NCBI RefSeq assembly: GCF_030684315.1
Contig: NC_081363.1
Span: 56,610,312-56,674,311 of the forward strand
Direction of reading: 5' to 3'
Length of the DNA: 64,000 nt
From: Stegostoma tigrinum
Lineage: Eukaryota
In this document: positions 1 to 12,444 of the stretch, one piece after another
Layout of the letters: the number at the start of each line of letters is the position of its first letter
Position numbering within the stretch: position 1 is the first letter of the stretch
The notes under the pieces: generated by a model
What the model saw: only the letters and a program-made list of their open reading frames with translations
Told to the model about the DNA's origin: nothing
Databases searched by the model: none
Program-made: the position numbers and the translations under genes

Positions 1-812
1 ACAGGAGGCCCAGTGTTTTTTGTGTCCAACTCCATTTTCTGGGGATGCACATGGCACAGAGTCAACACAGGTTTTGTCATGTCCCAGAACACTGATAGAA
101 CACTGGTGTTGAATGCTGGAACAGGTCCAGAGGGCTGCTGGAGAGGGAGGCCACGCTCTCCCTGTGGCTGTGAACATGACTGCTGCTCTGAACTTCAATG
201 TGACTGGATTCTTTCATGGAGAGATGGGTGACCTGCATGGTATCTCTCCCACAAATGAATCAAGGCAGTGACTGATGTCATCTGGACAAGACTGCAGCAG
301 TTCATTTTAGTCCCCTGCTCTGAGGTCAGTGCAGCAGCCTGGGCAGTTGACTCGGGAACATAGCTGGTTTCCCACAGATGCAGAGTGCATTGACAGCATT
401 CAACAAGGGCCATGATGGAGCAGATGATGGGGATGTTGAAGATGCAGTCCCGAGCTTGGACTGGCCCAGCTGTAAATATGAGAGAGTATCAGCAGTGTTG
501 GCTATGATCTGTGAGCAGTGTGGCTTTGTGCCTGTTGTGCCATGAAGTGAGGGATGTCAGATTGCAAATGCTTCCTGTGCAAAGTGGCCTTTTAAAGATG
601 GTATAGATACAAGGGATTTCTATCTTCTAGTGGATGTTATTTTTCAGGAACACTGTTTCGTAGGGTTGGACCAGAATTGGTCAGGATAGATGCCACGGGA
701 CAGGGGTAGCTGGTTTTTGAGGCGAATTGGTAAGAATCAACAACGAATCTCATTGGGGCTGGCATTGAGAACACGCCACAAATTAGCACAAATAACATAA
801 GATTTGGCCAAT
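1..812 (-). mobile_element. Degenerate interspersed repeat, possibly the end of a PIF/Harbinger-type DNA transposon
   Basis: GC-richer decayed block ending in TAAGATTTGGCC (~799-810), similar to TAAGATTCTGCC at ~6715-6726; no clean ORF. Family assignment is inference only. Confidence 0.25.
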
Positions 813-821
813 GGTATTGAA

Positions 822-1198
822 TATCTTCCATCCACTGACTCCATCTATACTTCCTGCTGCCCTGGGAAAACTACCAACGTAATTAAAGATCCCAAGCACC
901 ATGTTAAACTCTCCGCCACGCTCTTCAATCATGAGGAAGTTATAAGAATTTGAATACCCATATAAATAGATTAAGAATTGCTTCTTCCCTGCTGTTATGA
1001 GACACTTGAATGTAACTCAAATGTTAATTCGGATCTCCCTCTCTCCGCACCTTCTCTGTGGCAGTAACACTGTATTCAGTATTCAGTTCTACTATCCTGA
1101 TGCACTTTGTGAGGTATGATCTGCCTGTATAGCATGCAAAACAACTTTTTGCCATATCTCTGTACATGTGATAACAATAAATCTTTCAATCAATCAAA
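822..1198 (+). mobile_element. Rex1/Babar LINE 3' fragment
   Basis: Translates LPSTDSIYTSCCPGKTTNVIKDPKH...CFFPAVMRHLN, matching the Rex1 ORF2 C-terminus (IIKDPxHP...SFFPxxIRLLN); followed by AATAAA and an (AATC)n tail. Confidence 0.75.
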
Positions 1199-2139
1199 AA
1201 ACTTTGTTTGATACCAGTAATACCAGTCGTATTGCCTAACCGTTGACACCTATCCAATTCTAGAATTTTTTTGCTTCAGGCCTGAAATGAACTTACTATA
1301 CTAAATTTCATTTCACCCAGTCTCTAATAGCTCTCACATTCCCTGATCTTTATTTAAGCTGTTGATGATAATGTAAAACCCCTGGGTTGCTGGAAGAACA
1401 TTGAATGAATGAAATATGAAATGAAATTCAGCCATATACAGTACGTAATTATAAGTTGCAAAGACATTCTAATTAGTGTCTATGTGTTGGCTAGTCTATA
1501 AACTGAGGAAAAGAGCAGTATTACAATGAGAGTTGAAGATTCTGAAGACAAAATCAGAAGTACAAATTTCTAATCAAATACTTCAATCAAAAAAAGAGAT
1601 ATGGGAGGTTATTAAATTTATCTTAATCCACTGATGAATTTAATAAAGAAGTAATCAAAGATCATTTGAAGACTTTTGTGCCTGGATGTAGGGATGACAA
1701 GCTTGAATAAAAGGCAAGTCTTTGAGGCTTCTGTATCATTTTATTACATGATACATTCAGATTCAGATTTAAAAAGGAATGCAAATGAGAGAAAAATGCT
1801 TCACAGAAAATAATCATTTGCCTCCTTTGTAAGTATTCATAAATAAAATCACGCTAACAATAGGTTTTTTTACTGTCACATAATTTCTGCTGTAGAGACT
1901 GTATCTCATTACTGCTGCCAAAGTTACATGGGACTTATTCATATTTTAGAATCTAATATTTACAAGCTCTGTCACAAATGGTAGATTCATTTGAGCCTAC
2001 TCTCTTTAAAAAGATCAATACCTATCATCTACCCATCTTCCATCTTCTTGAAAGATCCACGTATTTATTGATTCCTTCAGTATAAAGAAAGATATCAATC
2101 TTAATGGAATCCACTGAAGCAGTCATTTGCTGCCCTTCC

Positions 2140-2730
2140 TTCAAGAGCTAGGATAGTGGTCCCCTTGTTCCCATTTTCCAACCCACCATATTCAATGAAT
2201 TGCCCTTTGCCCTTTCAGCTACCACCTGCATGAAGCCACTTCCAAGAACCTTTCTATAATCCTGAAAGGAGTGTTCCTCCTGCCATTCTTTAACCTATTC
2301 CTGAGGAACCTCCAGTACCGTGTCCTATTCCCATAGTGCCTTTCTATGCCCATATGATATAGAGATGCAAAAGGTGCCGTTCTAGGTTCCCCCATCCCAG
2401 CATTCAAGGTCCCAACCTCATTTTCCAAGTGGAATAATGATCTAATTGTACTTCTTTAAATTAATATTTACTCTTCATGATGTGGCACAATGGAGAACAA
2501 AAACAGACTGATTGACAGCTTTGTAGAAAAACTCATTGAGGCCTGAGCTTGTCCTTCTCGCTCCCTGTCACTTTAATTCTCTACCTTGCTCCTACTCTGA
2601 TCTTTTAATTCTTTGCTTCCTGCAATGCTGCAATGTTGTTTAAGAGGAGCTCAAGGTGTAGACCCTCATCTTTCGACTGGACGCTTTAAATCTTCCAGAC
2701 TCAGTATCGGCTTTCACAATTTTAGACAAT
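2140..2730 (+). mobile_element. Old degenerate Penelope-like element (GIY-YIG region)
   Basis: Colinear decayed similarity to the young PLE at 11178 (cactttaattct, ctcatctttcgactgg, ttcacaattttaga). Confidence 0.6.
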
Positions 2731-2886
2731 TTCTGCCCCATTCTATGTCTTTTCTTGTTGTTGGTTTTATTTCCCTCCTGTTACCCTTTTTCAATTTGGT
2801 TTTAGTTTAAAGGCTGGGAAGTTGTTTAGAACTTTTATAAAACGTTGATTTATCTGTAACTAGTGGGGAAACTGTGATGCTCTTTA

Positions 2887-3239
2887 TCATAGAATCCCTA
2901 CAGTATGTGAGCAGGTCATTCAGCCCATTGAGTTCACACTGATCCTCCAAAGAGCATCACAGTTAGACCCACCCCCCACACTATCCTTGTAATCCTGCAT
3001 TTCCCATGCCAAATTCATCTAGCCAGCACATCCCTGGACACTCTGGGCAATTTAGCATTGTCAATTCACCTAACCCCCACATCTTTGGACTATGGGAGGA
3101 AACCAGATCATCGGGAGAAAACCCATGCAGATACAGAGAGAATATGCAAACTCCACTCAGAGAGCCTGAGTGTCGAATCGAGCCTGAGTCCCTGGTGCTC
3201 TAAGACAACAGTACTAGCCACTGAGCCGCCATGCTGCCC
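2887..3239 (-). mobile_element. HE1-type V-SINE (tRNA-derived head, CR1/HER1-derived tail)
   Basis: Minus strand begins GGGCAGCATGGCGGCTCAGTGG (A box) with TTCGATTC-like B box, V-domain GTTTGCATATTCTC...TCCTCCCA, tail ending GGATTCTATG. Confidence 0.88.
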
Positions 3240-3269
3240 TATGTAATATCATATAATATGTAATAACAG

Positions 3270-4717
3270 AACATTTGGAAAACATTAATGAAATTAGACC
3301 AAGCCAACATATGTTTATGAAAGGCATAGCATGCTTAATAAAACCATTGCAGTTTTTTGATGAGTTAGCTAGTAGTGTAGATAAGGGAAAACCTGCAGAT
3401 GTTGTGTATTTGGATTCTCAAAAGGCTTTTAGTAGGGTCCCTCATAAGTAATTAGTGGACAAAGTTAAAGAAAATGGGATGGGGGTAATATATTAGTGTG
3501 GATGGACAACTGGTTGACACACTCCAAACAGAATGGGAATAAATGGATCTTTTTCCAAGTGGCTGGAAGTGGGTAGTGGGGTACCTCAAGGATCATTGCT
3601 TGGGTCCCAGCTATTCCCAATTTATGTAAGTTACCTGGATGAGGGAACCAAATGCAACATTTCCAAGTTTGCTCATAAGACAAAGCTGGGTGGGATTGTG
3701 AGTTGTCAAGTGGTTGTGTGGAAGCTTCAAGGTGATTTAGACAAGTTAAATGCGTGAGCAAACATGGCAGATGTGATTCAATGTGCCTAAATATGAGGTT
3801 ATACAATTCAGTGTGAAAATCAGAAAGGCAGAATATTATTTAGATGGTGATATATTGGGAAAAGCGGACGTACAAAGGGATTTTGGTGTCCTTGAATATA
3901 AATCAATGAAAGTAGACAGGCAAGTACAGCAAACAATAAAGGAGGTAAATGGTTTATTGTCCTTCATTGCAAGAGGATTTGAATTTAGGAGTAGTGGTGA
4001 CTCACTACAGCTATGAAGGATCTTGGTGTGACCACACTTAGAATATAGCACGTAGTTTTGGTCTTCCTGCCTAAGAAAGGATTGAGTGCAGCAGAGTTTC
4101 ATTAGACTGATACCAGGATGGCAATACTGTCCTATTGGTTCAATTGGACTCTTATTCATGAGAGTGTAGATGGATGAGCTGAGACTTGATGGAAATATAT
4201 AAAATTCTAACGGGGCAGAACAGGTTACATGCAGGGTGGATGTCTTCCCTAGTTGTAACCAGTGGTCACAGCCAGAGTTCCCTTCAATTTTCTTTCTGGT
4301 AGTGTTGGTCTCCAAATGCGAGCACATCTATAACTAACGGAATTGGAACTGAATGCCACAATCATAGTGTTGAGGTCGACCTTTGTGTGCAAAACTCTGG
4401 AGAGTGCAGCCACGCGGCTTAGAGGCAAATTTTTCAGTCTTAGGATATGTGGTAGCCCATTTAAGATTGAGATAAGGAAAGACTTCATCACTAAAAGGAG
4501 TGGACCTCATAGAAATCTGTACCACAGAAGGGTGTGGAGGCCAAGTCACTGAATATACTCAAGAAAGTGATCTATTATTTTTTACGTTTTAAGGGCATCT
4601 AAGAATAAGGGGAGAAAGCAAGAATATGGCACTGAGGTAGATCATCCATGATCATATTGAATGGTAGAGAAGGCTTGAGGGCTGAATGGCCTACTCCTGC
4701 TCGTAGTTTCTATATTT
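3270..4717 (+). mobile_element. CR1 LINE, 5'-truncated, degenerate ORF2 RT plus 3' UTR
   Basis: ORFs 3533-3757 (SGVPQGSLLG, ISKFAHKTKLGG) and 3783-4016; 3' UTR gaatggcctactcctgctc and ttctat tail. Confidence 0.9.
4273..4431. mobile_element. hAT-type MITE inserted in CR1
   Basis: Starts CAGAGTTCCCTTCAATTTTCT and ends GCTTAGAGGCAAAT; interrupts CR1 between ggtcacag and cagtcttagg; ends match the reverse complement of 42104-42277. Confidence 0.6.
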
Positions 4718-5567
4718 CTATGTAACTAGAGCATCGCATCCAGTTCTGGTCACCAGGATTTAACAAGGATATTGTGAAGAACCCTGATGGTTTAATCTTA
4801 ATAGCTCCAGAAATAAGGGACTTTGGCTCCAGGGTTAGGTTGGAGAACCTAGGAGATTGGTAGACGGATGATGCAAGGCAATGCAGGTCATACCAGGCAC
4901 CATGAGTACCAGGTTTGGTGTGACCATGAGGTGACACCCACCAAGTCTCTAATTCTTTTTTTACCTACGCTTCAAGGGCAGCCTAGTCTAATTAAACTCC
5001 TATATATGTCAACCCACCATATCAACCTGAGATTCTAACTGTCCTCCTTACCAATTAAGCCCTGTCACTACACCTTGGTGATGCTGACCATCGTATTTAT
5101 TGAAATAATGGTGGTGGTCTTGACTACCTATTAAACCCCCTCACAGTATCTCATTTACTGTCATTCACTACCAGCTCCCATCCTCTCATTTACTGTGATT
5201 TTCCCTCTACCCATCACCATCCATATTTCCTCAACATCCCAGGCTGCTGCCTACAATCCCCAGTAATTATTATCTCAACCTCCATTTCCCTATAGTATCC
5301 AAAACGCATCCCATCCCCAAACACTTCCAACTGATGTGCAAGACTGACTTGTGGCCCCTATCCTGGAATGTACCAAGACAGCCCTCCTGCCTGTGGCCTG
5401 CCCAGTGGTCACTTGACTGTGTCCAAGCCCCTGAACTGAGAGCAGAGGCTGGCCTTGGCTTACAGCACTGGGGTACCCTGACTGGCATTTTGACTTTAGT
5501 GAGGAATATTCCACTTAGATTTTGAGACATCATCATTTTGTTGAGGCACAAACAATATTTTTGTTGT

Positions 5568-5903
5568 AATAACACAGTGTGGAGCTGAAGGAACACAGCA
5601 GGCCAGGCAGGATCAGAGGAGCGGGAAAGCTGATGTTTCAGGTTGGGATGCTTCTTCATAGAACATAACATAGAACATTACAGCACAGTGCAGGCCCTTC
5701 GGCCTTCGATGTTATGCTGACCTGTCATACCAATCTGAAGCCATTTTACATATACTATTCATGTACATCCATTCAGAAAAGGTTCATGATCTGAAATGTC
5801 AACTTTCCTGTTCCTCTGATGCTGCCTGGCCTGCTGTGTTTCTCCAGCTCCACACTGTGTGGTCTCAGACTCCAGCATCGGCAGTTTTTACTATCCCTGG
5901 TTG
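5568..5903. mobile_element. Fold-back PLE-terminus element with 14 bp TSD
   Basis: Inverted arms (acacagtgtggagctg...cagctccacactgtgt); TSD aatatttttg[t/c]tgt at 5554-5567 and 5904-5917. Confidence 0.8.
5658..5772 (-). mobile_element. CR1 3' end nested at the centre of the fold-back element
   Basis: Near-identical to the 3' end of the CR1 at 19591 (atagaacat...acagcacagt.caggcccttcggcc). Confidence 0.85.
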
Positions 5904-6422
5904 AATATTTTTGCTGTGCAGCCTACTGTAGGTGCAAGTTTGACATTGCATTGGATCATTGAACAACATGCCCACCTCCTTGACTAATGACTGTTGACAA
6001 GTATGACAAGGTTTCTGGCTTTCTTTCTGCACTACGCTGTAAGATATAACAGAAGTAATGTGTGCATTTACAGGGGTCACTGACAGGGAAGCACTGAAAG
6101 ACAAAGCAAGCAAGCAGCCCTCAGATGCAGCTTAAACCAATCCTTGAGCTGGGTGCCTGAGCTTGTATGTAAAGTGTCCTTGCAGTAGTATTTCAATTCA
6201 AGGGTCCGGTCCCTCCAAAGTTCAATTGGTTTGGGAATGTGACATGATGGTGTGGAGAGGTTGGCAATGAGTCGGATGCCAACATCTGTGGATATGGGAT
6301 GAATGTAGCCACTGCCCAAGAGTGCATCCTGGGATGTTGGTGCCAGTGTCCAAGATAGCTGTCTAGAGGAACAAGAAGTGAGCTGGAGTTGACAGATACC
6401 TGCTCTGACTTCCTAATTGGAA

Positions 6423-6498
6423 ATTCTTGATGTCGAATTTCTTATAGCAGGTGGCAGAATAGGAAGCCACCTGCTATAAGAAATTCGACATCAAGAAT
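6423..6498. repeat. Perfect 33 bp inverted repeat with 10 nt loop
   Basis: attcttgatgtcgaatttcttatagcaggtggc (6423-6455) and its exact reverse complement (6466-6498). Confidence 0.97.
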
Positions 6499-6819
6499 AC
6501 TAGCAAGATGAGATTTGATGCTTGTGAGGGTAATATGGTCAATAACCCTCTTTAAGATGTAGCATCTTGCCACTCTCCAGTGAGAATCTCATATCAACAT
6601 CCAGAACCTTTTTGGCAAAATGAACCTGTTGTTCCTAACATCAAGAAAGGCCTCGCTAGACTTGTCATGTGAATCTCCCAGGTTTCTCGCCATACCAGAA
6701 CGGTCAAAGCCTTATAAGATTCTGCCTGAAATGTTTAGGTGCCTGAAATTTTGCACATCTCACTTCCAAGTCCAATAACTTTTATTTATTGTTATAAGGC
6801 AAATTAGAAACAGCTAGGG

Positions 6820-6925
6820 CTCTGAAGAAGTATCATATTGGATTTGAAATATTAACTTTGTTTCCCAATCCACAGCTGCTGCCAAACCCACTGAATTTCT
6901 CCAGTACTTTATGTTTTTATTGCAA
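6820..6925 (+). mobile_element. Solo PLE terminus (family 2) with decayed hammerhead motif
   Basis: ctgaagaag...gaaatatt followed by ccacagctgctgcc...ctgaatttctccag; homologous to 62950-63135. Confidence 0.65.
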
Positions 6926-7919
6926 ATGAATGCTGTTTTCAAAACATATTTTAAAAAGAACAAATTATTCCTAGTAACATGCTTAAACAAGTGCAGCATT
7001 GAAGAGCATGGATTGGATGGTAATAGATGGGTAACCTTGCCCGTATCTTATTTCTAAAATATATGTACAGAAATATTTCACCCTACTTTGCATATATTTT
7101 GAATCAATATTGAATAAGGAGAATTAATGACTACTTTCCTGTTGAGAAAAGCTACCGTTGCAGGTGAGGGCTGCTAACTGTGTGGGTAGCCAACTTCTAG
7201 TATATTCTCAGCTGTGACTTCAATTGAGTTTGAAAAGCTGGTTGTCAGCCAACATATTGGATGCAAATCTGTATGAACTAGATACCATTCGGATCTGAGT
7301 GAATAAGTAATCACAATGAAAAAGAATCTCAGAAATTCTCTACCTTGTGAAATTTCAAACTTCTGTTCTGCACTACTTTAACTCAATCAGAACACTTAAA
7401 AATGGTCACTTATGGGATTACTACTCGATAAGGTAGAGATTTACAAGTATGTACTTTCAGCATCAAATTGACTGCACACCAGGAATTTGGGCAGATAGGT
7501 CAACAGCCCTGCAGGATCTTTCATCCTATTGTCTGAAAAATTCTTCCTGATCACTGCCTGCACTCCTCATGCACCCTCTTGAATTTGCTCTGGATGCTCC
7601 CAGCAGGCATAGCTCGACTTTGAAAATACAACCTCACAATGGTTTACTTTGATAGCTTGTGCTTTAGTTACAGCTATTTAGAGCAATGGGAAGGAGGTAT
7701 CAGTGTCTGATTGGGCATTAGAGATTTATGAACAAGTTATCTTGAGCACATGTTTTCATACATGACTCAGAAGCCAATGAATAAATAATAATTATACTTT
7801 ATTATTATCGAAGAATTACATGACAAATAAATCTTTGCAACATTTAGTAGTTAGATATGTTGAGTTTCCGAGTGATCCAACAAATGTTTTAAAGTTTCCT
7901 TCACATCCTTTCTGGTTAT

Positions 7920-8010
7920 ACTAAAGTGTCTCGACCTGAAATATCAACTTTCCTGCTCCTCTGATGCTGCCTGGCCTGCTGTATTCTTCGAGCTCCATAC
8001 TGTACTATAC
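7920..8010 (+). mobile_element. Solo PLE terminus (family 1 variant)
   Basis: gtgtctcgacctgaaatatcaactttcctgctcctctgatgctgcctggcctgctg matches the arms at 5568-5903. Confidence 0.75.
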
Positions 8011-8109
8011 TAAAGTGAATGCTTTGATTGGTTATGTAATTAATTGATGTTGAATTCTGAGGAAATTTGAGAGATTGGTTTCCAAAAGGCACTTGAGAAG
8101 GTACCATAA

Positions 8110-8480
8110 TAACACCTTACTGCGCAGGGTGAGAGCTCTTGCACTGGAGTTGATTGACTAATGTAGATATGGAATTGCCTGACAAACAGGAAATACAGAG
8201 TTGGGAAAAATGGGCCATTTTCAGTTTACAAACTGTAGTCAGTGGTGTCCACAGGGGTCAGTGTTGGGTCTTCAATTAGTTATCATACATATTACTGACT
8301 TAGATGAAGGGACTGACAGTATGGTAGCCACCTTTGTTGATGAAACAAAGATAGGCAGTATAACAAGGAGTCTGCAAAGTGATGAGGGTTGTTTCAGTGA
8401 ATGGGCAAAAAAAAACTTGTCATATGAAGTACAATGGGGAATATATAATATTGTTCATTTTAGCATGAAGAATAAAAAGG
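8110..8480 (+). mobile_element. CR1 RT fragment
   Basis: ORF 8201-8590 contains PQGSVLG and FVDETKIG. Confidence 0.8.
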
Positions 8481-10534
8481 AATTCTTTTGTTTCCCTAAT
8501 TTCTCCATTTGTTTTCTATATTCTGATTGCTTCAGTTCATGCACCATTTTTGTTGAATTCTCCAAATCATCTCTGAAGAGGTCATTGTGAAATTTGGGAC
8601 CAGGATCCAAAGATGATTCTTTCTCCAATTTTCTCTTCCAGTATTCATAGTAACATTGGAAATTGTACCGATTAAAATAACCATACTTGAATGCTATGTT
8701 CCCAAACTTTCCTTCATTATTCTGCCTTTGTCAGTCATTCTTAGTGCAGAAAAGCAAAGAATCTATTATTAAGTCCGCCTGTTCTTCAAAATGACCTGCA
8801 TACTATGGAAAATAACTGATTGAAATGTAATTCTCTGTTTTGAATGCAATTCAGTTCCAAAATACGTTCAACTACTCCACAGTCAATTCATAGCAGCAAT
8901 TTGCAATAAAGAAATAAGACAGCCAAATTTATAACAAAATTGCAAAAAAAAAACTTTGTAACTGAGAATTGGTATCCCCACTAATACATCAAAATGTGAC
9001 TGCATAAACGCAGTAGACCTATTTAAAAGAACTGGCTTCTGCTGAAAGCACTACGTTATGTTCCTTACTTTCACTGTTATCACGTAGTAATTTCAAACTG
9101 CAAAAGATGAAAAGGTTACAAGTGTAAATGAGACAACTGCAAAATGTCTCACAATAACTTTGCAAGTTGCCTGTTTTCAGCTTCTATTGGTCTTCATCTG
9201 ACTGCTATTTATGTACAGTTATAAAAAATTACTTTTCATTACATTCTTGCTTTTAAACTAACTATGCCCTTATAAAAGTATCTTCTTTCATTGGTTTATT
9301 TTTAAGTTAAAAAGTGGACAATTAATGCTAATCGCCTTTCAGAAGAAATGAGAGCAATTTTACAAATAAAGTTAGCTATGATGCCTCAATGGTGATAATT
9401 TCTACTACACCCCAAGAAATGCACAAGTGTACTGTTTGGGACCAGTGCTCGATGAGATCAAATTATGATCTAAAATATTATGTGACCTGATTAACATATT
9501 GCACAAAGTGTGATGTTGATGATTTAACTATTGATAATTAGTGATAGAATCTGATCTGGATCAAAAGAATGCAAATGATTTACTAATTACACTTCTGTAA
9601 CAAAGTTAAGAAGCGTTTTTATTGTTGCTAATAATGGTAGGAAAATTCTTGGTGGCCAGTTTCCTGTAAATTGGTTTTTGAAGGGTCAATCCATTTTTCA
9701 GGAGCAAAACGAAGAATAAAGGGGCTGAACTCTGTTATACCACATGAGTGTGATGGGCTTGTGAGGCCTAAGGTTGTTTTCTTTTCTTGGAAGCAGGTTT
9801 TCTAATAGCAAGCTTTCTTTTGCAATGGCAGAGCCTACTGAATCTCTGTTGTGTACGTTCTTGGACGGACCCCTCAAATATCTGAAGGCTGAAGTATCTG
9901 TTCCATTTCTTGCAACCTACTGGCTGACCAGTGAATGTCCCATCTGGGTTTTCAAACTAGTGTGAAAATATAATTTGTGATATTAGGGCTGGCTGTCATT
10001 CTTGAAGCTAGTAGCATGCTTACACTTTGACATCAGAGAACTCTCCTGGGATATGGCTGGTCTCTCAACAGTGTCCTACAAATACAGCTAGTGCTCCCGC
10101 AGTTGTGTAATGACTACTTCAGGACTATACTTTCATCTCTCCCAGCAAATGAATGACTAACATGATTGGCATTAGCATGGCACATCATTCCCTATAGCAA
10201 ATGAGTAGCCCAGGAGGCAACATTAGAAGCTGTTTTACATTATCTGGTGTTTGTCCCAATCCTGTTAATCTAAAATCAAAAGGCAAAACCAGTCTAACAG
10301 GCTAAGTGGCTGGGACATTTATCGACGATACTAAATACATCTGAGTATAACATACCATAAATGAGACTGAAGAATTAACTCCAGGAAATTATTATGATCA
10401 AACTGAAAAAGATCTGGGAGTCATTTCAGACTTATTACTCAATATGTCCAATTCGTACAGAGCGTTGAGCAACATTACCGATAAAACATAGACTATTGCA
10501 GAACCAAAGCAGGAGGATTCTTGTTGAATTAAAC

Positions 10535-10630
10535 AGTTTTGTGATGCAGTGATAGTGACACTGTCTCCAGACCTGAAATACTAGGTTCTGCCCAGAGGTG
10601 TGACTTAGCATGTCTCAGCATGTTATTTCA
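10535..10630 (+). mobile_element. Short tRNA-derived SINE, decayed
   Basis: gtgatgcagtgatagtg...ccagaggtgtg; similar to 36788-36903. Confidence 0.45.
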
Positions 10631-11177
10631 AATAACTACAAGCTAAATAAAGTTATGATTAGCCTGTTCAGAACTCTGGTCTGACTGAGGAAACATAAAG
10701 CACTGAAGGCAGCAGAGAAATGAGGCAGAAGACTGATTTCCATTGAAAGAGGTGTCAATAATGAGGAAAAATTGGAGTAATTTGAGTTGTCAGCCTTAAA
10801 CAAATATGTCATGGGGTGAATGTTGTGCAAACTTCATAAAAAATGTTATATCGAATTGTGACAATAGAGTAAAAGGTTAAAAGAAAACAGACATCTGTCA
10901 AAAGTGAACTAGCATCCCAACAGAGGAGCATCATTGTTGTTTTGTATGGATGAACTAAGGCAGGGCAAACAGGAGGGAAAAGTGAAAGTATGGTGTGGCA
11001 GAGTTGAAGAAGTGACTTGTTGCTTCCAATGACATTTGTCATTCCGTGGCTTCAGCTTGGCTCAGTACATAAGACTTGTACCCCGAGTTAGAAGTTTATG
11101 GCTTCAAGTTCCACTGCAGGATTGAGTACCTATCTCAGCTGGCACGTCAGCACAATAATGCCAAGCTGTTTATTAAT

Positions 11178-12444
11178 TCCATCCCCTATTCCCAATTCCT
11201 CCGCCTCCACTGCATCTGCTCCCAGGATGAGGCATTCCACTCCCGCACATCCCAGATGGCCGCGTTCTTCAAGGACCGCAACTTTCCCCCGCAGTGGTCG
11301 AAAACGCCCTTGACCGTGTCTCCCGCATTTCCCACAACACATCCCTCACACCCTGCCCCCGCAACAAACGCCCCAAGAGAATCCCCCTGGTCCTCACATA
11401 TCACCCCACCAACCTCCGGATACAACACATCATCCTCTGACACTTCCGTCATCTACAACCCAACCCCACCACCAAAGATATTTTTCATTCCCCTCCCTTG
11501 TCTGCCTTCCGGAGAGACCACTCTCTCCGTGACTCCCTTGTCCGCTCCACACTCCCCTCCAGCCCCACCACACACGGCACCTTCCCCTGCAACCGCAGGA
11601 AATGCTCCACCTGCCCCCACGCCTCCTCCCTCACCCCATCCCAGGCCCCAAGATGACTTTCCATATTAAGCAGATGCTCACCTGCACATCTGCTGATGTA
11701 GTATACTGTATCCACTGTACCTGGTGTGGCTTCCTCCACATTGGGGAAACCAAGCGGAGGCTTGGGGACCGCTTTGCAGAACACCTCCCCTCGGTTCGCA
11801 ATAAACAATTGCACCTCCCAGTCGCGAACCATTTTAACTCCCCCTCTCATTCCTTAGATGACATGTCCATCATGGGCCTCCTGTAGTGCCACAATGATGC
11901 CTCCCGAAGGTTGCAGGAACAGCAACTCATATTCCACTTGGGAACCCTGCAGCCCAATGGTATCAATGTGGATTTCACAAACTTCAAAATCTCCCCTTCC
12001 CCCACTGCATCCCAAAACCAGTCCAGCTTGTCCCCTCCTCCCACTGCATCCCAAAACCAGCCCAGCTCCTCCTCTCCCCCCACTGCATCCCAAAACTAGC
12101 CCAGCTCATCCCCGCCTCCCTAACCTGTTTTTCCTCTCACCTATCCCCTCCTCCCACCTCAAGCCGCACCTCCATTTCCCACCTACTAACCGCATCCCAC
12201 CTTGACCTGTCCGTCCTCCTCGGACTGACCTATCCCCTCCCCACCTCCCACCTATACTCTCCTCTCCACCTATCTTCTCCTCTATCCATCTTCGGTCCGC
12301 CTCCCCCTCTCTCCCTATTTATTCCGGAACCCTCTCCCCATCCCCCTCTCTGATGAAGGGCCTAGGCCCGAAACGTCAGCTTTTGTGCTGCTGAGATGCT
12401 GCTTGGCCAGCTGTGTTCATCCAGCTTCACATTTTGTTATCTTT
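11178..12444 (+). mobile_element. Young 5'-truncated Penelope-like element (RT thumb, GIY-YIG endonuclease, 3' pLTR)
   Basis: SIPYSQFLRL; VVYCIHCTWCGFLHIGETKRRLGDRFAEH; 9 bp TSD tttattaat at 11169-11177 and 12445-12453; frameshifts and a stop present. Confidence 0.93.
12350..12377 (+). ncRNA. Minimal (short stem III) hammerhead ribozyme motif in PLE terminus
   Basis: CTGATGA-A-GGGC(CTAG)GCCC-GAAACGTC: conserved core, 4 bp stem II, palindromic ACGT replacing stem III; stem I is weak. Confidence 0.7.

Noticed and set aside
11995-12115. 39 bp repeats as a CRISPR-like array
   Set aside because: Contiguous tandem units without unique spacers, inside a eukaryotic retroelement.
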